From contig NZ_CP046580.1 in assembly GCF_013365495.1 (NCBI RefSeq), positions 360,001 to 392,000 on the forward strand: a DNA stretch of 32,000 nt, given 5' to 3'. The stretch comes from Candidatus Saccharimonadota bacterium (GTDB taxonomy: Bacteria > Pseudomonadota > Alphaproteobacteria > Rickettsiales > Anaplasmataceae). This document shows positions 21,247 through 31,903 of this stretch, in pieces. A program made the translations under genes and the position numbers. How positions within the stretch are numbered: position 1 is the first letter of the stretch; every line of letters starts with the position of its first letter. The notes below the pieces were generated by a model, which saw only the letters and a program-made list of their open reading frames with translations, was not told the origin of the DNA and ran no database searches.

Positions 21247-21555
21247 ATATAATATGTTAAAGTAATTTTTATAATATTTACTATATTCAATGTGTGGTGA
21301 AGTATTAGAGAATTCTCGATTGTTATATTTCAAGAGATTTAAAAAAAAAGGTTGTGCTGCTATCATATAACATTATTTTTATTTGTAATAAAGGTGATTT
21401 ATAAGATGGCCTTTTCTTTTTATAAGGGAATTCAATCAATAAATAAACTAATACAATTGCTGATGTGATGGACATGGTATGGATTAGATGATTGAAAAAT
21501 AGAAGGTGAATTATGTATTTGTAGCAAAAGAGCAATCTAACTTTTCTTTTGTTAT

Positions 21556-23490
21556 TTATATATTATTAAGCCTTTTAATAATATTCTTTATTTTTGATGC
21601 TTTTTCAAATTCTAAGTTCTTGGCATATTTTAACATTTGTTTCTTTAGGTCTTTTAGATCAGTATTACTAATATTAATATCTTTTTCATTTACTGCTTTA
21701 TCTTGTAGAGTATTAGATATAGTTTTTATTATAGTTTTTGGTGTAATATTGTGTAGTATATTATATTCTTGTTGTTTTTTTCTTCTTCTTTCAGTTTCTT
21801 TTAACGCACGGTTTAAGGAATTAGTGATTTTATCTGCATATAAAATTACTCTACCTTTAGCATTGCGAGCAGCACGTCCTATCGTTTGAATGAATGAAGT
21901 CTCTGATCGCAAAAATCCTTCTTTATCAGCATCTAAAATTGCAACTAAGCCACACTCTGGAATATCAAGGCCTTCACGCAGTAGGTTCACACCAACTAAT
22001 ACATCAATTTCTTTTGATCTTAATTTATATATAATATTAATTCTTTCTAATGCACCGATATCTGAGTGTAAATAATTTACCCTTATATTTAATTCACTCA
22101 TATGATCAGCTAGCTTTTCAGCCATTTTTTTTGTTAAAGTAGTGATTAAAACACGAAACCCATTATTTATTGTTAGTTGTGCTTCGTGAATTACATCGTT
22201 AACTTGATTTTCTATTGGTTTAATATTGCAGATTGGATCTGTAAGTCCTGTTGGACGAATGACCTGTTCTATAAATACATTATTGGTTTTTATTAACTCG
22301 TATTTTCCAGGAGTAGCTGAAACGTAAATAGTTTGTGGCCGTATTTTTTCCCACTCTTCAAATGTTAATGGTCGATTATCAAAAGTAGAGGGGAGCCTAA
22401 AGCCATAGTCAACTAATTTTTTTTTACGTGCTTTATTAGCACTATACATTGCACTAATTTGGGGAATGGTGACATGGCTTTCATCGACAAATAGGATGAC
22501 ATCTTTAGGTAGATATTCAAATAAGGTAGGTGGTGGATATCCAGCTTTTGTTCCGCAGAGATAACGTGAATAATTTTCGATACCTTTGCATGTTCCAGTT
22601 GTTACCATCATTTCTATGTCAAAATTGGTACGTTGTTCAAGGCGTTTTGCTTCAACAAATTTATTTTGAGAGTAGTAATAGCTTAAGCGTTCATGTAGTT
22701 CTTTTTTAATTAATGGAACCGCTTCTAATAAAGCTTCGCGTGATGTAATATGATAACTGTTTGGAAAAACAGTGATTTTATCTATGTATTTAATAATATT
22801 ACCGGTTATAGAATCAATTTCAGAGATTTTTTCTATTTTATTATGAAATAATGATAAACGCCAGGCTTTATTTTCATTGCAAGCGGGAAAGATATCAATA
22901 ATATCTCCACATACTCTAAAATTTCCTCTTTTAAATTTGATACCGGAGTGTCTATATTGAAGATTGATTAAATTACTCAAAAAATCATTGATATGAATTT
23001 TATCTCCAATATTTAATGATATAGTCATATTAATATAGCTTTTAGGTGAACCAAGACCATATATGCAAGAGATACTAGCAACTATAATTATATCCCTACG
23101 CTCTAAAAGGGAGCAAATTGCAGAGTAACGTAGCATGTCAATTTTTTCATTGATTGTGGAGTCTTTTTCAATATAAGTATCAGTTTGTGGTGAATAAGCT
23201 TCAGGTTGATAATAATCGTAATAAGAAATAAAGTATCCAACAGCATTGTAAGGGAAAAATCTTCTCATTTCTTCATAAAGTTGTGCTGCTAAAGTTTTAT
23301 TATGTGCCATAATTAATGCAGGCCTGTTTGTTCTTGCAATGACATTTGCCATAGTGAAAGTTTTTCCGGAGCCGGTGACCCCAAGTAAAACTTGATCTCT
23401 TTTATTGTTGTTTAGTCCTACAACTAAATTATCAATTGCTTGTGGTTGATCTCCAGCTGGTTTAAAATGTGTAATGATTTGAAATTTCAT
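21556..23490 (-). CDS. uvrB: excinuclease ABC subunit B
   Basis: 644-aa ORF. Walker A GVTGSGKT, helicase motifs (DESH, SATP), and a C-terminal UVR domain ([11 protein letters not shown]). Confidence 0.97.
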   Translation of the reverse strand: MKFQIITHFKPAGDQPQAIDNLVVGLNNNKRDQVLLGVTGSGKTFTMANVIARTNRPALIMAHNKTLAAQLYEEMRRFFPYNAVGYFISYYDYYQPEAYSPQTDTYIEKDSTINEKIDMLRYSAICSLLERRDIIIVASISCIYGLGSPKSYINMTISLNIGDKIHINDFLSNLINLQYRHSGIKFKRGNFRVCGDIIDIFPACNENKAWRLSLFHNKIEKISEIDSITGNIIKYIDKITVFPNSYHITSREALLEAVPLIKKELHERLSYYYSQNKFVEAKRLEQRTNFDIEMMVTTGTCKGIENYSRYLCGTKAGYPPPTLFEYLPKDVILFVDESHVTIPQISAMYSANKARKKKLVDYGFRLPSTFDNRPLTFEEWEKIRPQTIYVSATPGKYELIKTNNVFIEQVIRPTGLTDPICNIKPIENQVNDVIHEAQLTINNGFRVLITTLTKKMAEKLADHMSELNIRVNYLHSDIGALERINIIYKLRSKEIDVLVGVNLLREGLDIPECGLVAILDADKEGFLRSETSFIQTIGRAARNAKGRVILYADKITNSLNRALKETERRRKKQQEYNILHNITPKTIIKTISNTLQDKAVNEKDINISNTDLKDLKKQMLKYAKNLEFEKASKIKNIIKRLNNI

Positions 23491-23571
23491 AATCTTATTT
23501 TTTTATGGTATTTTATTATTAATATTCTTGTTATGCGGCAGGTTATAAAAGTGAGTATCTAGAAGAAAAAT

Positions 23572-24339
23572 CTATTTTCTATTTTTATAAAGTTTGCTCC
23601 AAACTTTATTGTTGGTTAATATAAAAAGTGTTGTTAAAATTATGAGATACGCTATCACTTTAAACCCTAGTTTGTGCCTATGTTCTAATTCTGGTTCTGC
23701 TGCCCATTGCAAGAAATTTACTATATCATATGACATATTTTCAACTGTAGCTTGTTTCTTCGTACTATTGTATTCTACTATTCCTTCAAATAGTGGCGGT
23801 GCCATAGCTAACTTACCTGTTGGAAAATATGGATTAAAATATAAATTGTTTTCATCTTGTTTACTATTTTGGTAACCGGTTAGAAGTGAATAGACGTAGT
23901 TTGCACCATCATGTCTTGCTTTAATAATTAATGACAAATCTGGTGGAACTGCACCGTTGTTACTTGCTGCAGCTGCTTCTTTTGTATTGAAAGGTGCGAT
24001 AAAATAATCTGAGGGTATTCCAGGTCTGTCAAACATTTCACCTAGATCATTTGGGCCGTCTTTGACTTGATAAGAAGATGCAATCTGTTTGATATCTTCT
24101 TCAGAAAAACCTATATCTTGTAAATTGCGAAATGCTATTTTATTCATTGAATGGCAAGCGGCACAAACTTCTTTATATACTTTGTAGCCACGCTGAATTG
24201 ATTCCCTATCAAAAAATCCAGTAATTCCATTAAAACTCCAGTTTATTTTTTTATTAGGTAATGGTTTGAATTCTTTTGCATATACAAGATTAACGAGAAA
24301 TAACGTGCAAAATACAGCAAACATATTTCTCACTGGCAT
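23572..24339 (-). CDS. petC: cytochrome c1 (bc1 complex)
   Basis: 255-aa ORF. N-terminal signal/TM segment, haem-c motif CAACHS, and a C-terminal TM anchor. The ATG overlaps the petB stop by 1 nt (TAATG). Confidence 0.9.
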   Translation of the reverse strand: MPVRNMFAVFCTLFLVNLVYAKEFKPLPNKKINWSFNGITGFFDRESIQRGYKVYKEVCAACHSMNKIAFRNLQDIGFSEEDIKQIASSYQVKDGPNDLGEMFDRPGIPSDYFIAPFNTKEAAAASNNGAVPPDLSLIIKARHDGANYVYSLLTGYQNSKQDENNLYFNPYFPTGKLAMAPPLFEGIVEYNSTKKQATVENMSYDIVNFLQWAAEPELEHRHKLGFKVIAYLIILTTLFILTNNKVWSKLYKNRK

Positions 24340-25577
24340 TATTTCATCTCCTGTACAGAATCACTTATAGTTTTGGGTAGTTCTCCTGATTTTTCATATT
24401 TACTAAGTAATGGTAAAATGATTGCAAAGTATAAAAAGTAATAAAGAGTGGAAAGCCTGCTAAAAGTAATATAAGGTTCCTTTGCTTCTTGTCCTCCCAG
24501 CCAAGCAAGTAATGTAAAATTTATCACAAAAATCCAAAAAAAAACTTTAAATAATGGACGATAAGTACCGCTTTTTACTTTTGTTTTATCAAGCCAAGGT
24601 AACAGAAACCATATTAAAATGGATCCAAACATGGCAGACACACCAATAAATTTATTTGGAATTGAACGTAGCATTGCGTAAAAAGGTAAGAAATACCATT
24701 CAGGTACTATATGTATTGGAGTAACCATAGGATCAGCTTCTATATAGTTATCTGGATGCCCAAGATAATTTGGAGCATAAAAGATGAACATAGATAAAAC
24801 TATCAAAAATAGACCAAAGGTTATGCAGTCTTTAACTACATAGTAAGGATAAAATGGGATGGTATCTTTGTGTGATTTAACTTCTATTCCACTTGGATTG
24901 CCAGAACCAAACCTATGTAAGGCTATAATATGTAGAACAACTAAAGTGATGATAATGAAAGGAAAAAGGTAATGTAGAGCAAAAAAACGATTAAGTGTTG
25001 GGTTGTCGACAGAAAAACCGCCCCATAACCATATAACTATCTTATCACCTATGAAAGGTATGACTGAGAATAAATTAGTTATCACTGTTGCACCCCAAAA
25101 ACTCATTTGTCCCCATGGAAGAACATATCCCATAAAGGCTGTTGCCAGCATTACAAAAAATATGAATATGCCAATGAACCACACCATTTCTCGTGGTTTT
25201 TTATAGGATCCGTAATATAATCCACGTATTATGTGAATATAAATTACCATAAAGAAAAGAGAAGCTCCGACAGCATGAGTATAACGTATTAACCATCCAT
25301 AATGTACATCGCGCATTATGTGTTCCACACTATTAAATGCGTGATTTATATGTGGAGTGTAATGCATGGCTAAAAATATCCCTGTTATTATTTGTAAAGT
25401 GAGTGCAATGCCGGCTAAAAAACCAAAGTTCCAAGCATAGTTTAAGTTTTTTGGTACTTGATAGGAAGCAATATTTTTGAGGAAAGAAAGTACAGGTAAC
25501 CTATATTCTATCCAACTTAATATATTTTTTCCCTCATTTACTATTGTATTTTTTTTTGAGTCATCTTGCATGCTCAA
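24339..25577 (-). CDS. petB: cytochrome b (bc1 complex)
   Basis: 412-aa polytopic ORF with cytochrome b hallmarks ([44 protein letters not shown]). The track start is TTG 25577; ATG 25571 is an alternative. Confidence 0.95.
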   Translation of the reverse strand: MSMQDDSKKNTIVNEGKNILSWIEYRLPVLSFLKNIASYQVPKNLNYAWNFGFLAGIALTLQIITGIFLAMHYTPHINHAFNSVEHIMRDVHYGWLIRYTHAVGASLFFMVIYIHIIRGLYYGSYKKPREMVWFIGIFIFFVMLATAFMGYVLPWGQMSFWGATVITNLFSVIPFIGDKIVIWLWGGFSVDNPTLNRFFALHYLFPFIIITLVVLHIIALHRFGSGNPSGIEVKSHKDTIPFYPYYVVKDCITFGLFLIVLSMFIFYAPNYLGHPDNYIEADPMVTPIHIVPEWYFLPFYAMLRSIPNKFIGVSAMFGSILIWFLLPWLDKTKVKSGTYRPLFKVFFWIFVINFTLLAWLGGQEAKEPYITFSRLSTLYYFLYFAIILPLLSKYEKSGELPKTISDSVQEMK

Positions 25578-25601
25578 AATTTCTCTATCTTTAATTCATT
25601 T

Positions 25602-25629
25602 ATTATAGCAGTTTATTTATTGTAAACAA
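25602..25629 (-). promoter_or_regulatory. candidate sigma-70 promoter for petB-petC
   Basis: Read on the minus strand: TTGTTT (25629-25624), 16 nt, perfect TATAAT (25607-25602), about 25 nt upstream of the petB start. Motif match only. Confidence 0.4.
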
Positions 25630-25774
25630 TAAAAATTTTAAATTTAATTGAGAGCAAATTTATTTCTATTTAAGAATAGTTAGATAACTTTGCTTTTTAA
25701 AAGCATATAGTGTATTTAACACGATTTAAAGATATTAGTTAGTTATTTAAATAATATTTTTTATAGATTGTTTC

Positions 25775-26107
25775 TTATTTTGTAATGATTTTTTTTTCCT
25801 TTAAAAGATTTTGTAGCTCCCCTTTTTCATACATCTCACGAGTAATGTCACAACCACCAATAAACTCTCCTTTTATATATAGTTGTGGAATTGTTGGCCA
25901 ATCAGAAAATTTTTTTATGGATTGACGTACTTCATTATTTTCCAGTACATTAATATATTTAAACCTAACATTTAATTTTTTAAGAATTGATACAACAAAC
26001 CCAGAAAACCCACATTGAGGAAAATCAGAAGTTCCTTTCATGTATAAAACTACATCATTTTCTGCTATGTCTTTTTTTATTTGTTCAAAGTTGCTCATAA
26101 ATATCAC
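25775..26107 (-). CDS. grxD: monothiol glutaredoxin (Grx4/GrxD family)
   Basis: CGFS active site (PQCGFSG) and [14 protein letters not shown]. The track ORF opens at GTG 26107. ATG 26098, preceded by AAGGTGA, is the more likely start. Confidence 0.9.
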   Translation of the reverse strand: MIFMSNFEQIKKDIAENDVVLYMKGTSDFPQCGFSGFVVSILKKLNVRFKYINVLENNEVRQSIKKFSDWPTIPQLYIKGEFIGGCDITREMYEKGELQNLLKEKKIITK

Positions 26108-26116
26108 CTTAAAATT

Positions 26117-26335
26117 TTAAGCACTAGTTTCTAGTTGTAATGCATGTATAGATTGATTTTCTAGAGCTTTGTATACCATTTTATGTTGTTCAATTTTTGT
26201 TTTTCCAAGAAAGTGCTTAGAAATTATTTTTAAATAATAATGTTCACTATCTCCAGCAAGGTCATTGATCTTGATATCAGCATCTGGAAATGATTGTTTG
26301 ATAATTTTATTTAATTCACGAATTGTAATAGCCAT
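26117..26335 (-). CDS. bolA: BolA family protein
   Basis: 72-aa ORF with a BolA-like C-terminal pattern (QHKMVYKAL...IHALQLET). Lies 9 nt upstream of grxD, the classic BolA-Grx pairing. Confidence 0.8.
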   Translation of the reverse strand: MAITIRELNKIIKQSFPDADIKINDLAGDSEHYYLKIISKHFLGKTKIEQHKMVYKALENQSIHALQLETSA

Positions 26336-26394
26336 TGATCTACTTTAAGTTACAATATTTTATTTTATATATAAAAATGATTATATGCAATTAA

Positions 26395-27714
26395 TTATTG
26401 TGTAGATAGTAAATTTAGTGTGTTAATAGTACTTGCAAGACGGGATTTTAATTGATTTTCATATTTATTCCAATCTTTTATTAACTTTCTAGCAACATCT
26501 GAATGCACTGCAGCTTTTGCAACTGCAGGAGAGACTATTGAAATTAATCTTGGGTCAAATGGAGTAGGTATTATATATTCACGTCCATAGCTCATTCTAC
26601 GATTGCCATAAACTGTAGATATTTCATCAGGAACTGGCTCATGTGCGAGTTTTGCTATTGCAGCTGCAGCTGCAATCTTCATTTCATTATTGATAGTTGT
26701 TGCATGTACATCAAGTGCTCCTCTAAATATATAAGGGAATCCTATTACGTTATTAACTTGGTTATTGTAATCTGATCTACCAGTTGCTATTATTGCATCT
26801 GGTCTTATGGATTTTGCAAACTCGGGCTTTATTTCTGGGTTAGGATTGGCAAGGGCAAAAATAATAGGATTTTTGCTCATGCTTTTTAACATCTCTTCGT
26901 TAAGTACATCTTTTACAGATAATCCGATAAATACGTCAGCACCTTTTATCGCGTCGAATAAAGAACGTTCTTTAGTGTCAGTTGCATATTTTTCTTTCCA
27001 CTTATTCATATCCTCTTTTCTACCTTTATATATTACTCCCTTTTTATCACATAGTACTATATTTTGAGCACCCATTAATCTTAGTATGTCTAAACATGCA
27101 ATACCGGCTGCTCCAGCACCATTCATGATAATTTTAACCTCTTTTAATTTCTTTCTTGCAACGTCAAGAGCATTTTCTATACCTGCTGCAACAACTACTG
27201 CAGTTCCATGTTGATCATCGTGAAATACTGGAATATCCATCAATTCGTTTAGGCGTTTCTCTATTATGAAGCAATCAGGGGATCTTATATCTTCTAAATT
27301 TATTCCTCCCCAACTTGGTCCAAGGTGTTTTACTATGTTGATAAAGTCTTCTACATTTTCTGTATCGATTTCTATATCAACTGCATCAATATCAGCAAAG
27401 CGTTTAAATAAAACAGCTTTTCCTTCCATAACTGGCTTTGATGCAAGAGGACCAATATTGCCAAGCCCAAGCACTGCAGTTCCGTTTGAAATGACAGCAA
27501 TACAGTTACTTTTTGTTGTATAATCATAGACTACTTTAGGGTTTTTAACTATTTCAAGGCACGGAGCTGCGACTCCAGGAGAATAAGCAAGCGATAAATC
27601 ATACTGAGTGGACAAAGGCTTTGTTGGTAAAATGGATATTTTACCAGGATTATTTCCTCTATTATGATATTTAAGTGCTTTTTGTTTTGTAGTGTTATCT
27701 AAATCATCGTTCAT
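26395..27714 (-). CDS. maeB: NAD(P)-dependent malic enzyme (short form, no PTA-like domain)
   Basis: 439-aa ORF with malic-enzyme motifs (PVMEGKAVLFKRFADID, FHDDQHGTA, NGAGAAG, LANPNPEI). Confidence 0.9.
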   Translation of the reverse strand: MNDDLDNTTKQKALKYHNRGNNPGKISILPTKPLSTQYDLSLAYSPGVAAPCLEIVKNPKVVYDYTTKSNCIAVISNGTAVLGLGNIGPLASKPVMEGKAVLFKRFADIDAVDIEIDTENVEDFINIVKHLGPSWGGINLEDIRSPDCFIIEKRLNELMDIPVFHDDQHGTAVVVAAGIENALDVARKKLKEVKIIMNGAGAAGIACLDILRLMGAQNIVLCDKKGVIYKGRKEDMNKWKEKYATDTKERSLFDAIKGADVFIGLSVKDVLNEEMLKSMSKNPIIFALANPNPEIKPEFAKSIRPDAIIATGRSDYNNQVNNVIGFPYIFRGALDVHATTINNEMKIAAAAAIAKLAHEPVPDEISTVYGNRRMSYGREYIIPTPFDPRLISIVSPAVAKAAVHSDVARKLIKDWNKYENQLKSRLASTINTLNLLSTQ

Positions 27715-27874
27715 GGTTGTATCTTTATAATATTAATATTTTAAATTTTAAAATAGTAAATTTTTTTAAGTATATGGAGTTTTGATATAATATTCAATCG
27801 TTAAACTATTAGCTTGTGAATTATACCCTACTACTGTATAAATAATTTACTGTACTGCATTAAAATTACATTGC

Positions 27875-28417
27875 ATGTTTAAGAAAAACTTGCCTAATTT
27901 ACTGACAATTTCTCGTGCATTTGCAATACCAGCAATAATATTAAGTTTTTATATAGAAAATAAATATGCAAGCTTAATCACTATATCAATTTTTATATTT
28001 GCATGTATTACAGATTTCTTTGACGGTTACTTAGCACGTGTATGGCAAGTTCAATCGAGATTTGGTAGACTATTTGATCCGATTGCTGATAAGTTAATAG
28101 TAGTTTCAACAATAATTATGTTAATTTATAAGCACAAGATAAATGATTTTACGATAATACCATCAGTGATAATTGTTTGTAGAGAGATATTAGTTTCTGG
28201 TCTACGGGAATTCTTAATAGCTATGAATGCTAGCTTACCTGTAAGCAAAATTGGGAAAATTAAAACATTTTTACAAATGATTGCTGTTGTAGCTTTAATA
28301 GTTAATGATTATGAAATAACTCAACGTATAGGTATAATTTGTCTTTGGATTGCAGCTATTATAACTGTATGGTCAGGCTATAGTTATATTTTAATTGGTA
28401 TTAAACAAACTAGCTGA
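27875..28417 (+). CDS. pgsA: CDP-diacylglycerol--glycerol-3-phosphate 3-phosphatidyltransferase
   Basis: 180-aa membrane ORF with the CDP-alcohol phosphatidyltransferase motif DFFDGYLAR........GRLFDPIADK. Confidence 0.9.
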   Translation: MFKKNLPNLLTISRAFAIPAIILSFYIENKYASLITISIFIFACITDFFDGYLARVWQVQSRFGRLFDPIADKLIVVSTIIMLIYKHKINDFTIIPSVIIVCREILVSGLREFLIAMNASLPVSKIGKIKTFLQMIAVVALIVNDYEITQRIGIICLWIAAIITVWSGYSYILIGIKQTS

Positions 28418-29132
28418 ATTTCTTAAAAAGGAAGTTTTTGTTATAATAAATTTAATTAAATAATTGAGATTTATTTAATATATTAGTTTGCAAGTCAATA
28501 AAATTGAAGGCTAATAGTTTTGTGTTTAGATTTTTTCTGAAATTTTTTTTGTGACCTTATTAAGGTGCAGATTAAAAAAAAAAGTTAAGATCTGAGAAGG
28601 GAATGAATCTTTAGAGACAGGCTTAAGCAAGAATTATTAAAGTTGAGAAAAAGGCATTTTATAGATAGTATATATTAGATATTATTTGATACTATAGATG
28701 ATTTACTAAGTTATATTAATTATTTTAATGGTTTATTTTAATATGTATTATATTTGATTATTGTATAGAAAGATTAGAGAAAGAAAAGCTTTATTATATA
28801 AATTAGGTGTTGTTATCTATATTAGATATTTAACAAGTGTATTTAATATTATAATTATGACATAATATAGAATATTTCTTTTGAAGAGTAGAGGATACAG
28901 TTTTACTTTGGCTTGAAGTAATTGTTTTTTGTAATTCTTTAATTTTTATATTTGTCTTTAACTATGAGAGAGAGTAAAGAAATTTAAGAAAATAAATAAA
29001 GTTTAAGATTGATAAAAAATAATAATAGTACAAGAATTAGCTATATAGTTTTTCTGTCTACTATTTTAAAAGTTAAAGAAGTTTGTTATTTATATAATAT
29101 TTAATTATATTGCATTTTATTTAAAAAAATTA

Positions 29133-29867
29133 ATGTATAGGGTTTTAATTATATACTTTATTTTTTTAATTTGTTTATCTATGCAGTCTTATGCATTGAA
29201 TGATTCTGGAAGAACTGAATCTAAACTCTATGAGGAAGCGATGAGGCTTTTCAAGCAAAAAAAATATAAACAAGCTGTTAAAGTATTTCAAAAAATTGAA
29301 GATTTATATCCTTTCTCTCATATGGCAATGAAAGCTAGGTTATTAGTTGGTGTTTCTCATTATAATATGCATGACTATGATAGTGCCGCAAGTGATATGA
29401 ATGATTATATACAAGTTTATTCGAATGGTGAAGATTTACCATATGTGTATTACTTAAGGGTATTATCTTATTATATGCAAATTCGTAAAATCCAACTTGG
29501 ACAACGAATTGCATATAAAACTCTAGACTTAGCTAGTGAGTATATTAATTTTTTTCCTGACAGTAAATATATAGAAGAGATTAAGGAAAAAGTTAAACTG
29601 GTTACAGAGCATATCTTGGCAAAAGAATATTCTGTTGGTAAGTTCTATTTAATGCGTGGTGAATACTTGGCAGCAATTAAAAGATTTCAAAATATAGTAA
29701 GCAATAAAGATTCTGGCTATTTTCTTAAATCTATTAACTATTTAATAACAGCTTATTTAGCTCTTGGTCTTAATTCGGAAGTTAAGCAGTATAAGAGTCT
29801 ACTAGCAGAAAATCTAAAAAAAAGAAAAGAGAAGGATGAAGTCATATGTAAAAATAGTAAGCCATAA
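29133..29867 (+). CDS. bamD: outer-membrane protein assembly factor BamD/YfiO-like TPR protein
   Basis: 244-aa ORF with an N-terminal hydrophobic signal-like segment containing Cys14. TPR-like helical repeats show the BamD-style pattern (YEEA...F......A...F..I...YP.S..A..A.L....Y......A......YI..). Confidence 0.7.
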   Translation: MYRVLIIYFIFLICLSMQSYALNDSGRTESKLYEEAMRLFKQKKYKQAVKVFQKIEDLYPFSHMAMKARLLVGVSHYNMHDYDSAASDMNDYIQVYSNGEDLPYVYYLRVLSYYMQIRKIQLGQRIAYKTLDLASEYINFFPDSKYIEEIKEKVKLVTEHILAKEYSVGKFYLMRGEYLAAIKRFQNIVSNKDSGYFLKSINYLITAYLALGLNSEVKQYKSLLAENLKKRKEKDEVICKNSKP

Positions 29868-29926
29868 TGAAAATTGACTTGAGTTTTTTCTATGCTTTAA
29901 TATACAATTAGTTTATAATTATTTAT

Positions 29927-30667
29927 ATGGCTGGTCATTCACAATTTTCAAATATAAAACATCGAAAGGGAGCTAGAGATGCAAGGCGTTCTCAAAAATT
30001 TACAAAGCTCATTAGAGAGATAACAGTTATTGCAAAGCAAGGTTTACCTAATCCTGAACTTAATCCACGCCTTCGCTCTGCTCTATCTACTGCACGTAAA
30101 GAGAATTTACCGAAAGATAAAATAAAAACAGCAATAAAAAATGCTATTGGTAGTGCTGTAGGAAAAAATTATGAGGAAATACAATATGAAGGTTATGGAC
30201 CATCTGGTACTGCGCTTATTGTTCATGCTTTAACAAATAATCGTAATCGAACTATTTCTGAGATACGTTATATTTTTTCGCGCAAGGGTGGAAGTTTAGG
30301 AGAAATGGGAAATGTTAATTACCTTTTCGATCATGTAGGTTTGATTATTTATAAAATGGAAAATGTAGCTTTTGAAGCTCTATTTGATTATGGAATTGAA
30401 TTAGAAGTATTTGATGTTGAGAAAAATGATAAAAAAGGATTGTGTATTATAACTTGCAAAACAAAAGATTTTTGTAGAGTGTGTAATGCTTTTTATGCAA
30501 AATTTGGAAAGCCAGAGCTTGCTCGCCTTTCATGGAGGCCAAAAAATTTAATTGAAATTACTGATAAGAAATTAATCAATAAATTATCTATATTGATTAG
30601 AGAGTTAGAAAGTAATGATGATGTTCGATACGTTGAGAGTAATTTTACTTTTGCTGATTCTGCTTAA
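29927..30667 (+). CDS. yebC: YebC/PmpR (TACO1) family probable transcriptional/translational regulator
   Basis: 246-aa ORF with the hallmark N-terminus MAGHSQFSNIKHRKGA.DA.R...F.KL.REI and family-typical length. Confidence 0.9.
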   Translation: MAGHSQFSNIKHRKGARDARRSQKFTKLIREITVIAKQGLPNPELNPRLRSALSTARKENLPKDKIKTAIKNAIGSAVGKNYEEIQYEGYGPSGTALIVHALTNNRNRTISEIRYIFSRKGGSLGEMGNVNYLFDHVGLIIYKMENVAFEALFDYGIELEVFDVEKNDKKGLCIITCKTKDFCRVCNAFYAKFGKPELARLSWRPKNLIEITDKKLINKLSILIRELESNDDVRYVESNFTFADSA

Positions 30668-31829
30668 ACTATGTTATGAAATTTATGATATTTATATGCT
30701 TTATAATTGCCAATGTTTCAGTTTGTATGATCTTAAAATAATAATTAATAATTAAAACAATCTTAATTAATTTTAGTAACTAAGATTTTCTTTTACTGTA
30801 TGGTTAGCAGGTTTCACTCCACAGTAGCTAATAAAGTTGATTGTATAAATGAGAGTTGGTATAAACTTTGAAAGGGATATTAATTATACCTGTAGTAATT
30901 TTAAAGTTCTTTTGAGGGATCGTTTAATAACTAAAAGAGTAGGAAAAAATTATACATTCACTAGTATAATAAAAAAAGTTACTCATTTATTTTATTAAAA
31001 ATTGCGAAATTGTAAAAGAAAGGTCTTTTAGTAATCAAAGAAGGAGTAAGTTTTAAAAATGGTAAGGCTTTTGTCAATTTTTCCTAATAGAGATTTCATA
31101 TATTTTTAAAATTTGGTAATAGAGCATTTCAATTTATGATAAGATTATTTTTTATAAAGGAGTAGGAGATTTATTTAGCTAAATTTGTTTTTCATGTATA
31201 TACTGTTGCAGAAAGTATGATAAATATAATATATAGAAATAAGAATGGTTAGGTAGGTAAATATATAAAGTTAAAGTAAAACATAAAAATAGATATTTGA
31301 CTTGCTATGTTGCACAAGTAAATTTAGTGATAATATAAGTGGTTAACTTTTAAATAAATGATAAAAAAGCAAGGAGGTAAGCTGTGCAGCTTATTATGTT
31401 TTTGTTGAGCGAGTACTGTGTGTTGAGTAAGATCACATTTATGTTATCAGCTGATATAATAGTATATGAAAGTGAAGTAGATTAATTGATTATATAAAAA
31501 AAGGTTTAAGATACTTGTAAATAAGATAAATAAAACGGTCAGTAAAGGGTATTTTAATGAAAACAAAATTAAAAGTAACATTGATAGTGTTGAGCATAGA
31601 GTAGATAAATTTAAGTTAACTCTACTACTTTTATAGTGATATAGTATATTAAAATATTTATTAATGTTTTATCTCAATGCAGTTTGTTTCAATATTAATT
31701 TTTTCTTAAAAGATTTTTATTAATTCCCCTAAAAGAAGAAAGAAGTAGAATTTCTTAAATATTATTGAAATTTATTCTAATAAAATGTTTATCATAATTT
31801 TACTTATAAGTAAACATGTTTTTTTAATT

Positions 31830-31861
31830 AAAGTTAAAGGTATCACATAAAAAAGTTAAAG
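31830..31861 (+). repeat. direct repeat AAAGTTAAAG x2 with 22-bp periodicity
   Basis: Exact 10-mers at 31830-31839 and 31852-31861. The same 10-mer also occurs at 31267-31276 and inside 29068-29078. Confidence 0.4.
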
Positions 31862-31879
31862 TGAGTGGTGTAAAGATAA

Positions 31880-31903
31880 TTCAATAGAGATTTCAATAGT
31901 GAT
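31880..31903 (+). repeat. tandem 12-bp repeat x2 (TTCAATAGAGAT / TTCAATAGTGAT)
   Basis: Two contiguous units, 11 of 12 positions identical, read directly from the sequence. Confidence 0.5.

Noticed and set aside
21323-21535. 70-aa minus-strand ORF in the folA/uvrB convergent spacer.
   Set aside because: It has no ribosome-binding site and no recognisable domain. The composition is dominated by I/L/F/K/Y, as expected from random AT-rich sequence. It lies downstream of uvrB with no promoter-like signal. Most likely spurious, although a tiny membrane peptide cannot be excluded.
21595-21606. Possible frameshift in the 3' end of uvrB at a T-run. My hand count gave six T where the reading frames imply five, and a 1-nt disagreement with track coordinates at 21506/21556.
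   Set aside because: The supplied ORF track, computed on the real sequence, shows an uninterrupted 644-aa UvrB with a normal C-terminal UVR domain. The discrepancy is almost certainly my miscount of a homopolymer.
30752-30766. CtrA-box-like TTAA-N7-TTAA downstream of yebC.
   Set aside because: It lacks the terminal C of the TTAA-N7-TTAAC consensus. By my rough estimate, several TTAA-N7-TTAA matches are expected by chance in the non-coding DNA of this window at this base composition.
30676-31111. Other mini-ORFs in the terminal spacer. One is MKFMIFICFIIANVSVCMILK from ATG 30676. Another is MVRLLSIFPNRDFIYF from ATG 31059, which lies 12 nt after GAAGGAG.
   Set aside because: The first has no SD. 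The second has sub-optimal spacing and only 16 codons. Purine-rich strand composition produces AGGAG-like strings by chance. There is no basis to call them.
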